Source: Lama glama
Lineage: Eukaryota
NCBI GenBank assembly: GCA_028534125.1
Contig: CM052816.1
Coordinates: 53,136,001-53,200,000, forward strand
Direction: 5' to 3'
DNA: 64,000 nt
Shown here: one piece after another, positions 26,546-37,299 of the stretch
Layout: each line of letters starts with the position of its first letter
Numbering within the stretch: position 1 is the first letter of the stretch
Translations under genes and position numbers: made by a program
The notes under the pieces: generated by a model
The model's database searches: none
The model's input: the letters and a program-made list of their open reading frames with translations, nothing else
Told to the model about the DNA's origin: nothing

Positions 26546-28207
26546 AAAACTGGACCCTCACATAAGTCTCTACATATCAGTGACTACAGTTATGACCCCA
26601 TTAGGGTCAATAAATAGTACAGAAACTCACCTAGATAGGAAGGTGAAGGGGAAGAAAGGCTTTCAGAAAGAATTTTAGCAATTAAATAGTGGTTTTGTAA
26701 GTGTAACTTCAGCAAGTTATCAAAAACTGAGAGGGAAGCAGTTTGAACAATAAAGTCCATAGAGAAAAGGCATACACACAAAAACCCTCAAGTACAGGTA
26801 ATGAACAAAGTGATAACCAGTAAATACCAAAAAAACAAACAAAAAAAAACAGGCAGAAATGCTACTCCTGCCTGCTTCAATGCCCTCATGTACTCATAAA
26901 TGAATTAGAGCTTTTTCAAAGCATAAATAAAACTCTAGCAACATTAGAAGTGCTATGTCTAGAACAGTCACCTTACTTCAGAGAGACCCAAACCTGGATA
27001 CAAGCACATAAAACGAGTGGCTCAGGTCCCAACCATTGCTACCTTGTGCCTGTGAGCTACTGTGAATCCTTATGGAAAGAACATTATAATCTCATTTTAC
27101 AAACATGAAATTAAGGCACCAAAAGGGTAAGTAACAATTAAGGTCAAGCAACTAGTATCAGAATTAGGACAAAAACACACATTATCCTGAGCCATGTCCA
27201 GTAAATTTTCTTTCCACTAAGCACTAATTAAGATAGTGTAGTAAGACATTTCTTAAAAAGTACCCTGCCTCAACTAATTCTAATCAGCAGGATGACTTGG
27301 TAACCAATTTTAATTAAATTTTTTTCCTGAAGAAAATGACCATTCTTATTTATTACTGTATTCCCCCTGTGCCTGTATTACTAGAACTAGTATTTGTTGA
27401 ATAAACAAACTTGTTGAATAAATAAAGCTCCAAACCATCACCCTCAAACCTTAAAAGTTAGTTACAATCAAACCCTAAATCATTAAAGAAATTTCATTTA
27501 TCCTTAGTATCATTCTCTACAAAATGTCTAGCCTATAAGGCCTATTTTTATTTGAGCCTATTATACAAAACCTTCACTACAGTCTGAAAAATCTATCATA
27601 TGCAATTATAACTATATAAAATTTAAAATGCAAGGACAAGCATAAAGGCAATTCCCCACACTTAAGAAAACAACTCACAAAAATTTCCAGTTTTTTAAAA
27701 TGAGTCCTTCTCTGCCCTATGCAGTTTTAATGACTTAGATACTGTGTTAAGGCTCCTTGGTATGCATTAACAGTCCCCCCTACAACTCGAAAAGCCAAAT
27801 GAACTTCACCACTTTTACCAAAAAACAAATAGCACCAAGAACTATTGTTTAGACTTCACTGCCTATGTCTCTTACCACTTAATTTTTCTCCTGTAACAAC
27901 TAAAGAAACCAGGTAGATTTAGAGGGAGCAGATCATGGCCTATTAATGGGTAAAAAGAGCCATGGGAAACTTTCCATTACAAGAAAAGAAGCACACGTAC
28001 ATCTAACCATCAAAGGAAGGCCACCTCGTGCTTTCCAGTCTCACTTCCAACAATATTCTACAGTCAATGAAAGGCCAAATAAAGCAGCAATGGAGAACAG
28101 TGAAACTAAAGTTACATGTGAAGATGCTGGGAGTAAAGATTGCTAATTCAACCATAACTGTTATTGACAAACCAAACCTCCCACTTGCCTTCTTCCTTCA
28201 ACACGTA

Positions 28208-28250
28208 CACACACACACACACACACCCCCACACCCCCACACCCACACCC
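28208..28250. repeat. (CA)n / C-rich microsatellite
   Basis: acacacacacacacacacccccacacccccacacccacaccc. Confidence 0.85.
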
Positions 28251-28842
28251 TTGTACTCACATTACTGAAGTATTTGTTCAAGTTTTGGCCTTCTTTTAGC
28301 AAGGAGTTAACATGTCTGTGAAATATCTGGTGGGCCTGGCATCATGTGATATTTAAACAGCAAGCAGAGAAACTACCATATAAATTATTTATCAGAAAGG
28401 CTGCCATCCTGCCACCAGCTTCCATGTTTTTGTCATACAGACACACTAACCCAGAAGCATGTATTTCAACTCTTTTCCAACACCTATCTTTTTCTTCAGT
28501 GATATGAAAAATGACCAAAAGTTTACTGGGGCACAGGACTGAAGAAAATGATTGATTTCTAAGTCATTATTTTAACAGCCTCTAGCTTTCAAGTCTTTCA
28601 TCATAACTTTCAATAATTTCACAAAATTCACTCAGCTTCATTATTCCTTAACTGTGTTTTACAGTAAAAGAGCAGTTTGCACTATGTTTATGGAAATATT
28701 CAGACAGAAAGCTCTCTCCATGACAATTCAGTACATTATGTCCCTTTCAAGCCTGCTTCTACTATTCATACCTAACCATGGGCTGTGGCTGACCGGTGCA
28801 AAGGTCAGCATCCTAGAGCTCATAAAAGACTGTCATTTTGAT

Positions 28843-28927
28843 GGGAGGGTAACTGCTCAGTGGTAGAGCATGTGCTTAACATGCACAACATCCTGGGTTC
28901 AATCTCCAGTACCTCCACTGAAAAAAA
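28843..28927 (+). mobile_element. Vic-1-type SINE with a 15-bp TSD
   Basis: The TSD AAAAGACTGTCATTT is at 28824-28838 and 28928-28942. Confidence 0.9.
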
Positions 28928-28954
28928 AAAAGACTGTCATTTCTCTAATGCATA

Positions 28955-29389
28955 TAGAGATCTTCCTTGACTTACACTGGGGTTATTGCCCAAGATAAAC
29001 TCATAGTAAGTTGAAAATATTCTAAGTCAGAACTGCATTTAATACATCTAACCACTGAACATTATAGCTTAGCCTAGCCTACCTTAAATGTGCTCAAAAC
29101 ACTCACATTAGCCTACAGTTGGGCAAAAATCATCTAACACAAAGTCTGTTTTATAATAAAGTGTGATGAGTATCTCATGTAATTGAATACTGTACTGAAA
29201 ATGAAAATGGAAGGGTTGTATGGGCACAGAATCATGATCGCGTGGCTGACTGGGAGCTGTGGCTTGCTGCCCAGCATCACAAGAGAGTATGGTACCCTGG
29301 AAAAGATCAAAAGTTCAAGTATGGCTCCTGCTGAAGGCGGATCACTTTCACATCATCAAAAAGCTCAATCACCTTAAGTTGGGACTGTA
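28955..29389. mobile_element. MER47/Tigger5-like DNA transposon relic
   Basis: cttgacttacactggggtta...tagcttagcctagcctaccttaaatgtgctca...agcctacagttgggcaaaa...taagttgggactgta. Confidence 0.8.
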
Positions 29390-29926
29390 GTTGGTGTTTC
29401 AGCAGTGCTCCAGAGCTTTATACCTAAATTTAATTTTCCAGGAAAATTAGTAAAGTCATAATTGGGAGGGGTGATAAGTAAACAAACTTCATAGAACTCC
29501 TTGCCCCTTCTGTAAAAAACAACTCAAGTCAGGAGTTGTTTACAGCCAAGTCATTTTAAACTACAAAGGAAAACAGTGATTAGGCACTCCTGTCTAACAT
29601 AAACCCATCCTTGCACCTAAGCAACCTATTTCTTCTAAAACACAAGTTGTGGACTCTGCCCTGCACTATGCCTATCTTTATTAATTTGATATAAAACAAA
29701 CGAGTTACCTTAAATTTAAAAGTTCATTACGGAACTGACTAGATTTTTAAATACTGATGCCACCCTCCCAATCTCAGGAGTGGAGAATGACATCCTTTCT
29801 AATGTTATCAGGGAAACAAGGCATGGCAGAAAAAAACACATGCCTGGATTAGGACAAATTAAGTTTGACTCTGAGTTCAGTTACTCCTTAGCTGTTTAAT
29901 GTTGGCCAAATTCACATAACATCTTT

Positions 29927-30041
29927 TTCTAGGGAGGAGGTAACTAGATTTATTTATTTTTAATTGGAGGTACTGTGAATTGAACCCAGGACCTCCTGCA
30001 TGTTAGGCATGCACTCTATCACTGAGCTATACCCTCCCCCC
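29927..30041 (-). mobile_element. Vic-1-type SINE with a 15-bp TSD, inserted in a MIR
   Basis: Reverse-strand tRNA head. The TSD TCACATAACATCTTT is at 29912-29926 and 30042-30056. Confidence 0.9.
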
Positions 30042-31989
30042 TCACATAACATCTTTAAGTCTCAAATTCTGCTTCAGTAAAATATGTATAAAACACTACT
30101 TGTCTCAAAAGATAGTGTGGAGGATGAAAGGATAGAGGTACTGTGAAGCGCACAATACCTAAGTAGTGCCAATGTTTACATTCCCTTGAAACAACACTGC
30201 CTGAAAGCCTCCCTTTTAAATGCCAAACACTTGTTAGGTATTTTCATAATGTCTTACTTAACCCTTCAGACATCCTTTAAGTATTTTCCCCATTTCTCTA
30301 CTTTAAAGAGGTTAAAAAACTAAACAAGTCACAGAAGTGGTGAGTGCTAATTCAAACCCCGGTCTTTCCGACTCCAAATACAAGGTAAGCTCTGTCTACT
30401 GTGTGCCTTACAAGGTTACTTTTGAAAACACATACTTCTGAGTGGTTTCAACTGGAAAGCAGTTAGAATTGGGCAGTTTTATAAACATAATAAATTTCAA
30501 AGTGAACACTGATTTTTAGATTTTAATCAAGCTTATCATCACAGTTAAGGTTTACCATCGAAAGGCCCACAACCATTTCAATAGCTGTCCATATACTGAA
30601 ACCATTATTTACAAAATCCAGGTCATCAAAGGTAAGCCACAGTATGGGCCACCCATACACACACACTGTAATACAATCCTCAGTTCTGACCAACAACCAA
30701 GGCTACTGCTGAAACCATTCCAAGAGGCCTTGGTGGCACTTGATTCATTCAGGCATTGAGCGCTTGCTATATAAATAGCACTACTTACAGTAAACCCTTG
30801 TAAAAGTCCAAGACAAGCCTACCATGTAATAAATTTTACATTTCCTTTGTACTCAGATTGAGACCCTAAGTAGTATACGATCTACAATTCTTATGTCACC
30901 TAAAAATAATTCCTCATTAGTATTGTATAAATTGTAGTTCCTCACAAACTAATCAATTGACCAAATTTGTGAACCATTAACAAAAACTTTTAGCAGAAAA
31001 CTTAAGGTTTAATTCTTCAATACTCCACAAGACAGATATAGGAGTACTTTTTATAGCCCTCTATTAAATCATAAAGGTATCCCAAAAATCAAACTCCAAT
31101 AGAGGTTACATGCTAAACTTACAAAGCAGGTCATTTATAATTGTGGTTTTAGGGCTCTTTTTGAAGAACATCTTTAAGTCTTTCTTTCCAAAACTGCAAA
31201 TATGCCTATGCTATAAAACTATGCATGCTACTTAAGGTACTCTGTTAAACGCCATCTATAGCTCCCCTCAATTTACAGGAAATTCACCCAAAACCCCAGA
31301 TAACAACTCCTTATTATGAAGTTAAGTATTTTAAACAGCACAGTCCCTTGAGGAATTTACATTTAGCAACTTACAAATTTTTATTTACTCACAATTTTAC
31401 ATTAAAATGGCACTTTCCCCATATTTTTAAATTCCTGCAATACTAAACAAACAAACAAACACACCAGTGTTCTTTGTCCACTATTACTAAGAGTGCTCAC
31501 ATGATGTGTGGCCCTGAACTAGGGTAGCAAAGAAGAAAACTCCAAGATACTGTCAAGGCCAGGGACCTTGAGAAGTTTACAATCTAGCTGTACAGTTTGT
31601 TCTATTAAAAAAAAAAATCCTTCAACAATTTAGTGACCATTCTGAATACCAATTAGGTGTGGTGTTTAAATTGAAAACTTTACATTAATAGGAAAAGGAA
31701 TACTGTAGGAAAAAGAACCAGAAAAAAGATTCAGAGAAATTAAAAGGAAAAATATGACCAAAGGATTAGATTTTCTGCATTTACCAGACATACCTAGCTT
31801 TAAAACCTATAGCCAATTCCACAAGTCAAGTTGAGAACTAGGAATTGAAAGAAAAAAAAACTGAATTAGACAATTACTAACAATAGAATCAATTATGCAA
31901 AAATTCTTCTACAAAGACTACGTAAAAAAAAGTTACTGTAAACTATTAAGGTAGCAAAAAATTAAGCAGAGGAGGAAGGAAAACAAATA

Positions 31990-32141
31990 GACTGGTGTGC
32001 TATACACTCTCATTGTCACGCCCATGGCAGACATCACTAATTAATCATGCAATCCTTCCCCCCTGAGCCTCGTAATTTCTTTCAAAATAACCTTCCAGTA
32101 GTAGGGTGGGCATTATAACTAAACCTATTTGTTGTCCTTGA
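31990..32141. mobile_element. Ancient hAT-type MITE
   Basis: cccatggcagacatcactaattaatca...ctgagcc...aaacctatttgttgtccttg resembles an old eutherian hAT MITE. The family was not determined. Confidence 0.45.
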
Positions 32142-33980
32142 TAGCTTTTTCAAATACTGCTCAAGTCAACTAAGTGAAGCACCAAAAAGTTACGTATTTA
32201 ATGTTCAATGAATTTATAATACACTTCATTTATTGAGCTGTTTCCCAAACAAAGTACACTTTGAAAGTTCAAATTTTTCTCTGTTAAAGAGAATAAAACA
32301 TTATGGTCACTATTACCTTAATTAGGAAAAAAATATATATATTTTAAATGTACATGAGTTCAAGAAAACTATAATTCTACGTTTCAGCAGCCCTTTGACC
32401 CAATTTGAATTTTAAAAAATCAGATAAAATTATTTTTTCTGAGTATCAGTAAAATCAAAACAAGACATGCCTATATCATTTAGGGACTAAAAAACATAAC
32501 GTGAATAAAAGAAAAAGAAAGGGGATAATACATATCTGTAAAATGAAGAGAAAGAAGTACAAACTTTGTCTTTTCAGTTTAAAAAACATGCAGGTCGCTA
32601 TTAACAAAACTCTAAAGAGAATGTGACCATTTAAGATTTGTCACTTCCTTCCCAAAAGGATTTAAGGTAGAACACAGACTCCAGAAGTGAAATGATGAAA
32701 AGGGAAATAAAAACAGACCCCAGGAACTCTAGGATCACATTATGATGGATGATGTTTAGTTAGCATAAAGTAAACTAATAGGAAGGAGTGAAAACCTGGA
32801 ATCAGTTAAGTTGTAAGAGAGCACAGTGGGATAAGTGAACAAGAATTATTTCCTAAATCCTGACGTCTCACAAAGAAAAATATGTAATATTCCAAGAAGC
32901 AACCAGGAGGTTCCAGCTTCTTAGCATTAATAGTAGGATTCAAGTATTACATAAACATAGGCAAGGTTGACAGATCATAACACAATGTCAGGAATACAAA
33001 CACCATAAAAAGGGGCATTTCCCACCAACTCCAACCTCAGTACTAATACTAAAGATTATAAATTGCTTTGAGAAAGTTATCTGTTAGTGTCCCATTAGGG
33101 GAAACTAAGTATATTTTAAAATGCTTTTTAGTAGTTCTTTCCGCAGAAGCTGTTCAATAGGCATGGACCTCAAATTATACACACGTAGGGCTCCCTATGT
33201 ATAATCATTCAGACCTTTTCCCGATGTTTCCTGTAATTTTAAGGATTCCTTTGAAAAAGCTTTTGCACTGCTTTTACCTCTAAAGTACAAAGTATAATGA
33301 ACATTCCTAACCAGGGCCTTTTTTCTCCCTAAAACAGGAGTTGAACATGAGCCCTCCTTAAAGACTTAAGGTATTCCTAAACTGTGTATAAAACCTTTCA
33401 GTCTATTTGCATCCAATTGCCAGGAGGGACTTTTTTCTTTGGACAGGTCACTAATCTGCAGAAAAATGATTTTAAAATTTGCCTAAGTTGCCAAATTACA
33501 TAAGGAGTTAAAAAACTGACCAACTTTCCTCCCTAAGACAAACCATTCTGAATAAATGAACATGACATCAAGAAAGTACGGTTAATAATCTGGGCAATTA
33601 TCGCTAGAAAGAGCTTTAGGAGGGGTAACGAGAAAGCTCACTCAGTTTTTATTTATTTACAGGATATCTTTCTGCTAAGTGGCTTTAATCTTATCAGTAC
33701 TTAGTAGTAAACAAAGCACTACACTGTATAGAATCTATGTGATAAGTGGGGTGCCGAAATCTAAAGACTTATCAAAGTTCCTTCAGAGGGCAGATTAAGG
33801 AAAGCCACGGTTTTCCTACCAAAGAGGAATGAAAGGGGAGACAGGTCAGGAACCCATCGTCTTACTTTTCTCTTGTCTAGAAAAACAAGTGCCCCAAAAG
33901 CGCGCAGCCTAGACCGAGGCTCCAGCCTTTGGCAGTTGAGTAACCTAAAGCGATGACTGGAGCCCAGACTAGGTCCTTAC

Positions 33981-35021
33981 CTCCTGGATGCGCTTCCTGG
34001 CCCGCTGAAGCACTTCTTCATAGCCCTTCTGCCGCAGCTCGCTAAGGCTTTCGTAGTACTCCTCCGGGTCGTCGGTCTCGGTGAAGAGTACCTGGGAGAG
34101 GATCTTCCAGCCGCAGGTGTCCAGGCCGTGGCCCAGGTAGACCTGGAGCTGATAACACAGAGTGTCGATCTCCTGCTCGGTCATCTCTGGTGCGCCCCCG
34201 AACAACACTGTCCACATGCCCGAGGGCTCCTCTGGGAATACCGGCAGGCATGGCTCCAGCTGCGAGTTCACCGAGCACAGCTGCTGGTGCACCGCGCGCA
34301 GATCCTGGAAGGAAAAGAGCCCGGCCCAGCTGCACTCCTCGGCCGGGGACTCCAGCTCAGCGGCGGGCGGCGGTTGCTCCGCGTCCGAGAGCCCCAGCGA
34401 CGCCGGGTCCGCCTCGTCCTCCCTCACCATTTCCAGCACCTCGATCTCCTCGGCGACCGTCCCGCAGGCGCTGATCACCCTTACCGACGACACCTGGGCC
34501 TCCTTGGGCGCTGTTGGGGCTGCCGCAGCGGCGGCACCCGTCACATCTCTGCCTCCAGATGCACTCCGGACCGGGCTGGACTTGGCCCGCACTGGGCTCC
34601 GGAGAGGGCTCTCCGCCTCTTTTCCGGCCAAACTCCGCGGCAGGGGGTCCCCTCGAAGGCTGCACGAGGTCCGAGGAGAGCCGCCCTCCGCCCAGGCCGG
34701 GCGCCTCCGGGGCCCAGGGCTCCTGCTCGGAGTAGCCGAGGCAGTGGCCTCGGGCCGACCCCTGCCCGCCGGGCTGCCCGGCCTGCGGGTCCCGTCGGAC
34801 GTGGGTGCGCCAGCCTCGGCGCCCCCTCGCGCCCCCGCCTGCTCCCGGGTGCCGCTCCTCTGCCTCTGGGCCGTCCGGTTGTGGCAGGTTATGGCAAACT
34901 TGCCCTCAATCTCGTTCCAGGCGACGATAAAGACAAACTTGTGCTTCTCGCGCTCGTCGAATACATGCGGCCGCACGGCCACCCAGTCCGACTCGAGCGT
35001 CTCCTCGAGCGCGAACGACAT
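33981..35021 (-). CDS. JMY: JMY coding exon 1 (347 codons), including the N-terminal LC3-interacting region ETLESDWVAV
   Basis: The ORF MSFALEETLESDWVAVRPHVFDEREKHKFVFIVAWNEIEGKFAITCHNRTAQRQRSG...YEEVLQRARKRIQE is recognisable JMY. The start context is GCCACCATGT. The donor is GAG|GTAAGG at 33981/33980, phase 0. Confidence 0.97.
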
Positions 35022-35830
35022 GGTGGCTCCGGCGCCAGGCCGCGCGGAAGGCGCCGCCGGCCCTGCCCGCCAGAAAACTCACCGGCTGGCTGCGCCGCGC
35101 CCCCCGCTCACCGTCGCCAGACGCCTTCAGCCATCTTTGCACGCCAGCTGGCTCTCCCCGCTCGCTCGCCCGCCTCTCCGCGCTCGGACCCGCTGCGCTC
35201 CTTTGTGGCGCGGCTCGCGGAAAGACAATACGCGTCCCAGGAGCAGGTAGTTCACATGGTCACGTGTGGCGGGATCTGTTTACAAGCCCCGCGCTGCGGC
35301 AGCGCCTGGTGCCCGCCCCGGCCGCCCCCTGAGCGAGGCCGCGGTGCTGCGTCTGCGGCGCTCCGGAGATGAGGTGCGGGTTCCGTGAGGTCGGGTAGGT
35401 GGTCGGGGCGGGCGTGTGCTTCTCCGCGGCTCGCCCGGGCTGATTTCCCCGCCCCTCCTCCTCCTCCTCCTCTTCCCGACCGCCTGGAGCCGGCCTGACG
35501 GAGGGATGCGACTCCTAAACTCTGCGCCTCAGTATCGCCACAATGTTGCCATTCGGCTGCTGACGTCGGCGGCTCCACGAGGGACGTAAACACGGGCACG
35601 TGCCGCACGCTGGTGACGCGACGGCGGCGGCGCGCACACCCCGCCCGCGCGCGTCGGCCCCGCCCCTCAGCGTCCCCCGCCCCCGCCCGCTGGTTGCTGC
35701 GAGCCCGACTCTTCTTCCTTCCGCGAAGCCTCCTCCTCCTGCGAGCTGCAGCAGGCGATTCGCCGGCGGTAAAAGTGGCAGGTGTTCCCTGCGGCACAGG
35801 TGGCTTCCGAACCCAGGAGAGGAGGCATAG
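34030..35830. promoter_or_regulatory. JMY: CpG island covering the JMY promoter, 5'UTR and exon 1
   Basis: There is an abrupt switch to very high GC and CpG density in an otherwise AT-rich window. Motifs: GC boxes (35405-35412, 35447-35455, 35658-35688), CACGTG at 35261 and 35597, CRE-like TGACGTCG at 35561. No TATA box is evident. Confidence 0.92.
35108..35134 (-). other. Upstream ORF in the JMY 5' leader (MAEGVWRR*)
   Basis: AAAG ATG GCT GAA GGC GTC TGG CGA CGG TGA has a strong Kozak context (-3 A, +4 G) and stops 86 nt before the main ATG. Its inclusion in the mRNA is inferred. Confidence 0.6.
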
Positions 35831-37299
35831 AAACGGAGGAACTGAGAAGTTTTCAAGTCCATTTATTCAAAGGGACCCTCAAGCGTAAATTTTCCTCCAT
35901 TCACCCGATGGGATAACGTTATGCGATCTATGTGCTGTATTTTATTGAGACCCCCCCCCAAGGCTGTTGAATTCTCTCCTAACACCCTTGTGATACAATT
36001 TTAAGATATGAAATGAAGTGTCTGTTTTGGAGTATAACTCCAAAACAAAATAAAATTAAGTGAAAATTCAGTCACGTCCTAATAATATGAATGCTTACAT
36101 TTCTGTTCATCAGCGTTCTTTTGCATTATTGTGTACTGTGCTATGAATCTAGTTTTGAGGTCACTGGCTTGAGCACTATTTTTTTTTCTTAGAGCCCTTT
36201 GAAATTGTATTCAATTATCAGAGTTCCCAGAACGCACATACAAAAAAAAAAACCATGTAAATCTGAAGAATTCTGCTATTCATACTGAGCTATGATGAAA
36301 CACATTCTTAAAATTGCCTAGTGGATCTTATAATCCAATTTATATTATTGCATTCTCTTTCCTGCTAGTGTTCAATTCATATTGCAGGTATTCTGCATTC
36401 TCAATAAAGTAACATGGGAATTGTTACTTTCATCCATGTTTCTGAAATATATGCGAAGCCGTTTGGCTTAACCTTGCGTTGTTACCACACTTAGTTCAGT
36501 ACTGTTTCGACATCTAAATAAACAGCCTAAAGTTTTAACCCTGTAGCTCAGCCGACGTTTTAGACCTTATAGATCTGCTTTGACCACCCCCACCCCAAAA
36601 AAAAGGCGAGGAGGGAAGGGGGCACTTTCGACTTTCAGCAGGGCAGAATGAGCAAAAAGGGAAACGGTTTTTAAACCTTCTTACAGTTCTTTATGTGAAC
36701 TACAAATTTTCAAAGCTAGTAACTGAACTTGTGGAAATTCTCAAATGCAAATCAGAGATATACCTTGTGAAAGACAGGAAGAAAGAAAACCTATTACAAA
36801 CCTGTATCACTAGTTAAGCAAACAATAGCACACTATAGAAAAATTTCCTCTCTTTTCTGCTGAAAAGTTACTGCTAAAAATTTTCCTGATAAAAAAGTGA
36901 TGAGGTAATTACCAGCTCTATTCTTCTAATATGTTATAGATAAGTATAAATACTAGGAATGAATGTAAAAACAAAAACAAAAACAAAAAAAGAAGAAAAA
37001 GAATGAATGCAAAAAGAATATGTTAATGGGATATATTTTAATTTACATGTATATTAAAATTGCAGTATTTATCCACATATATAAAAGTATGTCTTATCAC
37101 GAGAGTGCTAGAGAAAATTGGTTTGTGGCCACATAGGTGTTAAGTATGTTCCCCCAATACCCTGGCAATGGTGTTTTGTCAAAAGGATTGTTTCAATGTT
37201 TCTCATTTCCTCTTAGTAATTGTTATCCTAGATACGTAAAGAAACAAACCAAAATTCCCATGGTAGGTTACTGTAGTACTTTACAATTCTTTCTTTAGG

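Larger units (their letters stand above)
1..35550 (-). other. JMY: JMY gene, 5' portion (exons 1-3, introns 1-2, start of intron 3); TSS position approximate
   Basis: Three in-frame coding exons with GT-AG junctions translate to the N-terminal ~455 aa of JMY. A CpG island sits at the 5' end. The TSS cannot be read from sequence, so ~35.5 kb is an estimate. Confidence 0.93.

Noticed and set aside
35252..35888. ORFs of 76-181 aa in the promoter region
   Set aside because: The products are Arg/Ala/Gly/Pro-rich, several start at non-ATG codons, and such ORFs are expected from GC-rich CpG-island composition.
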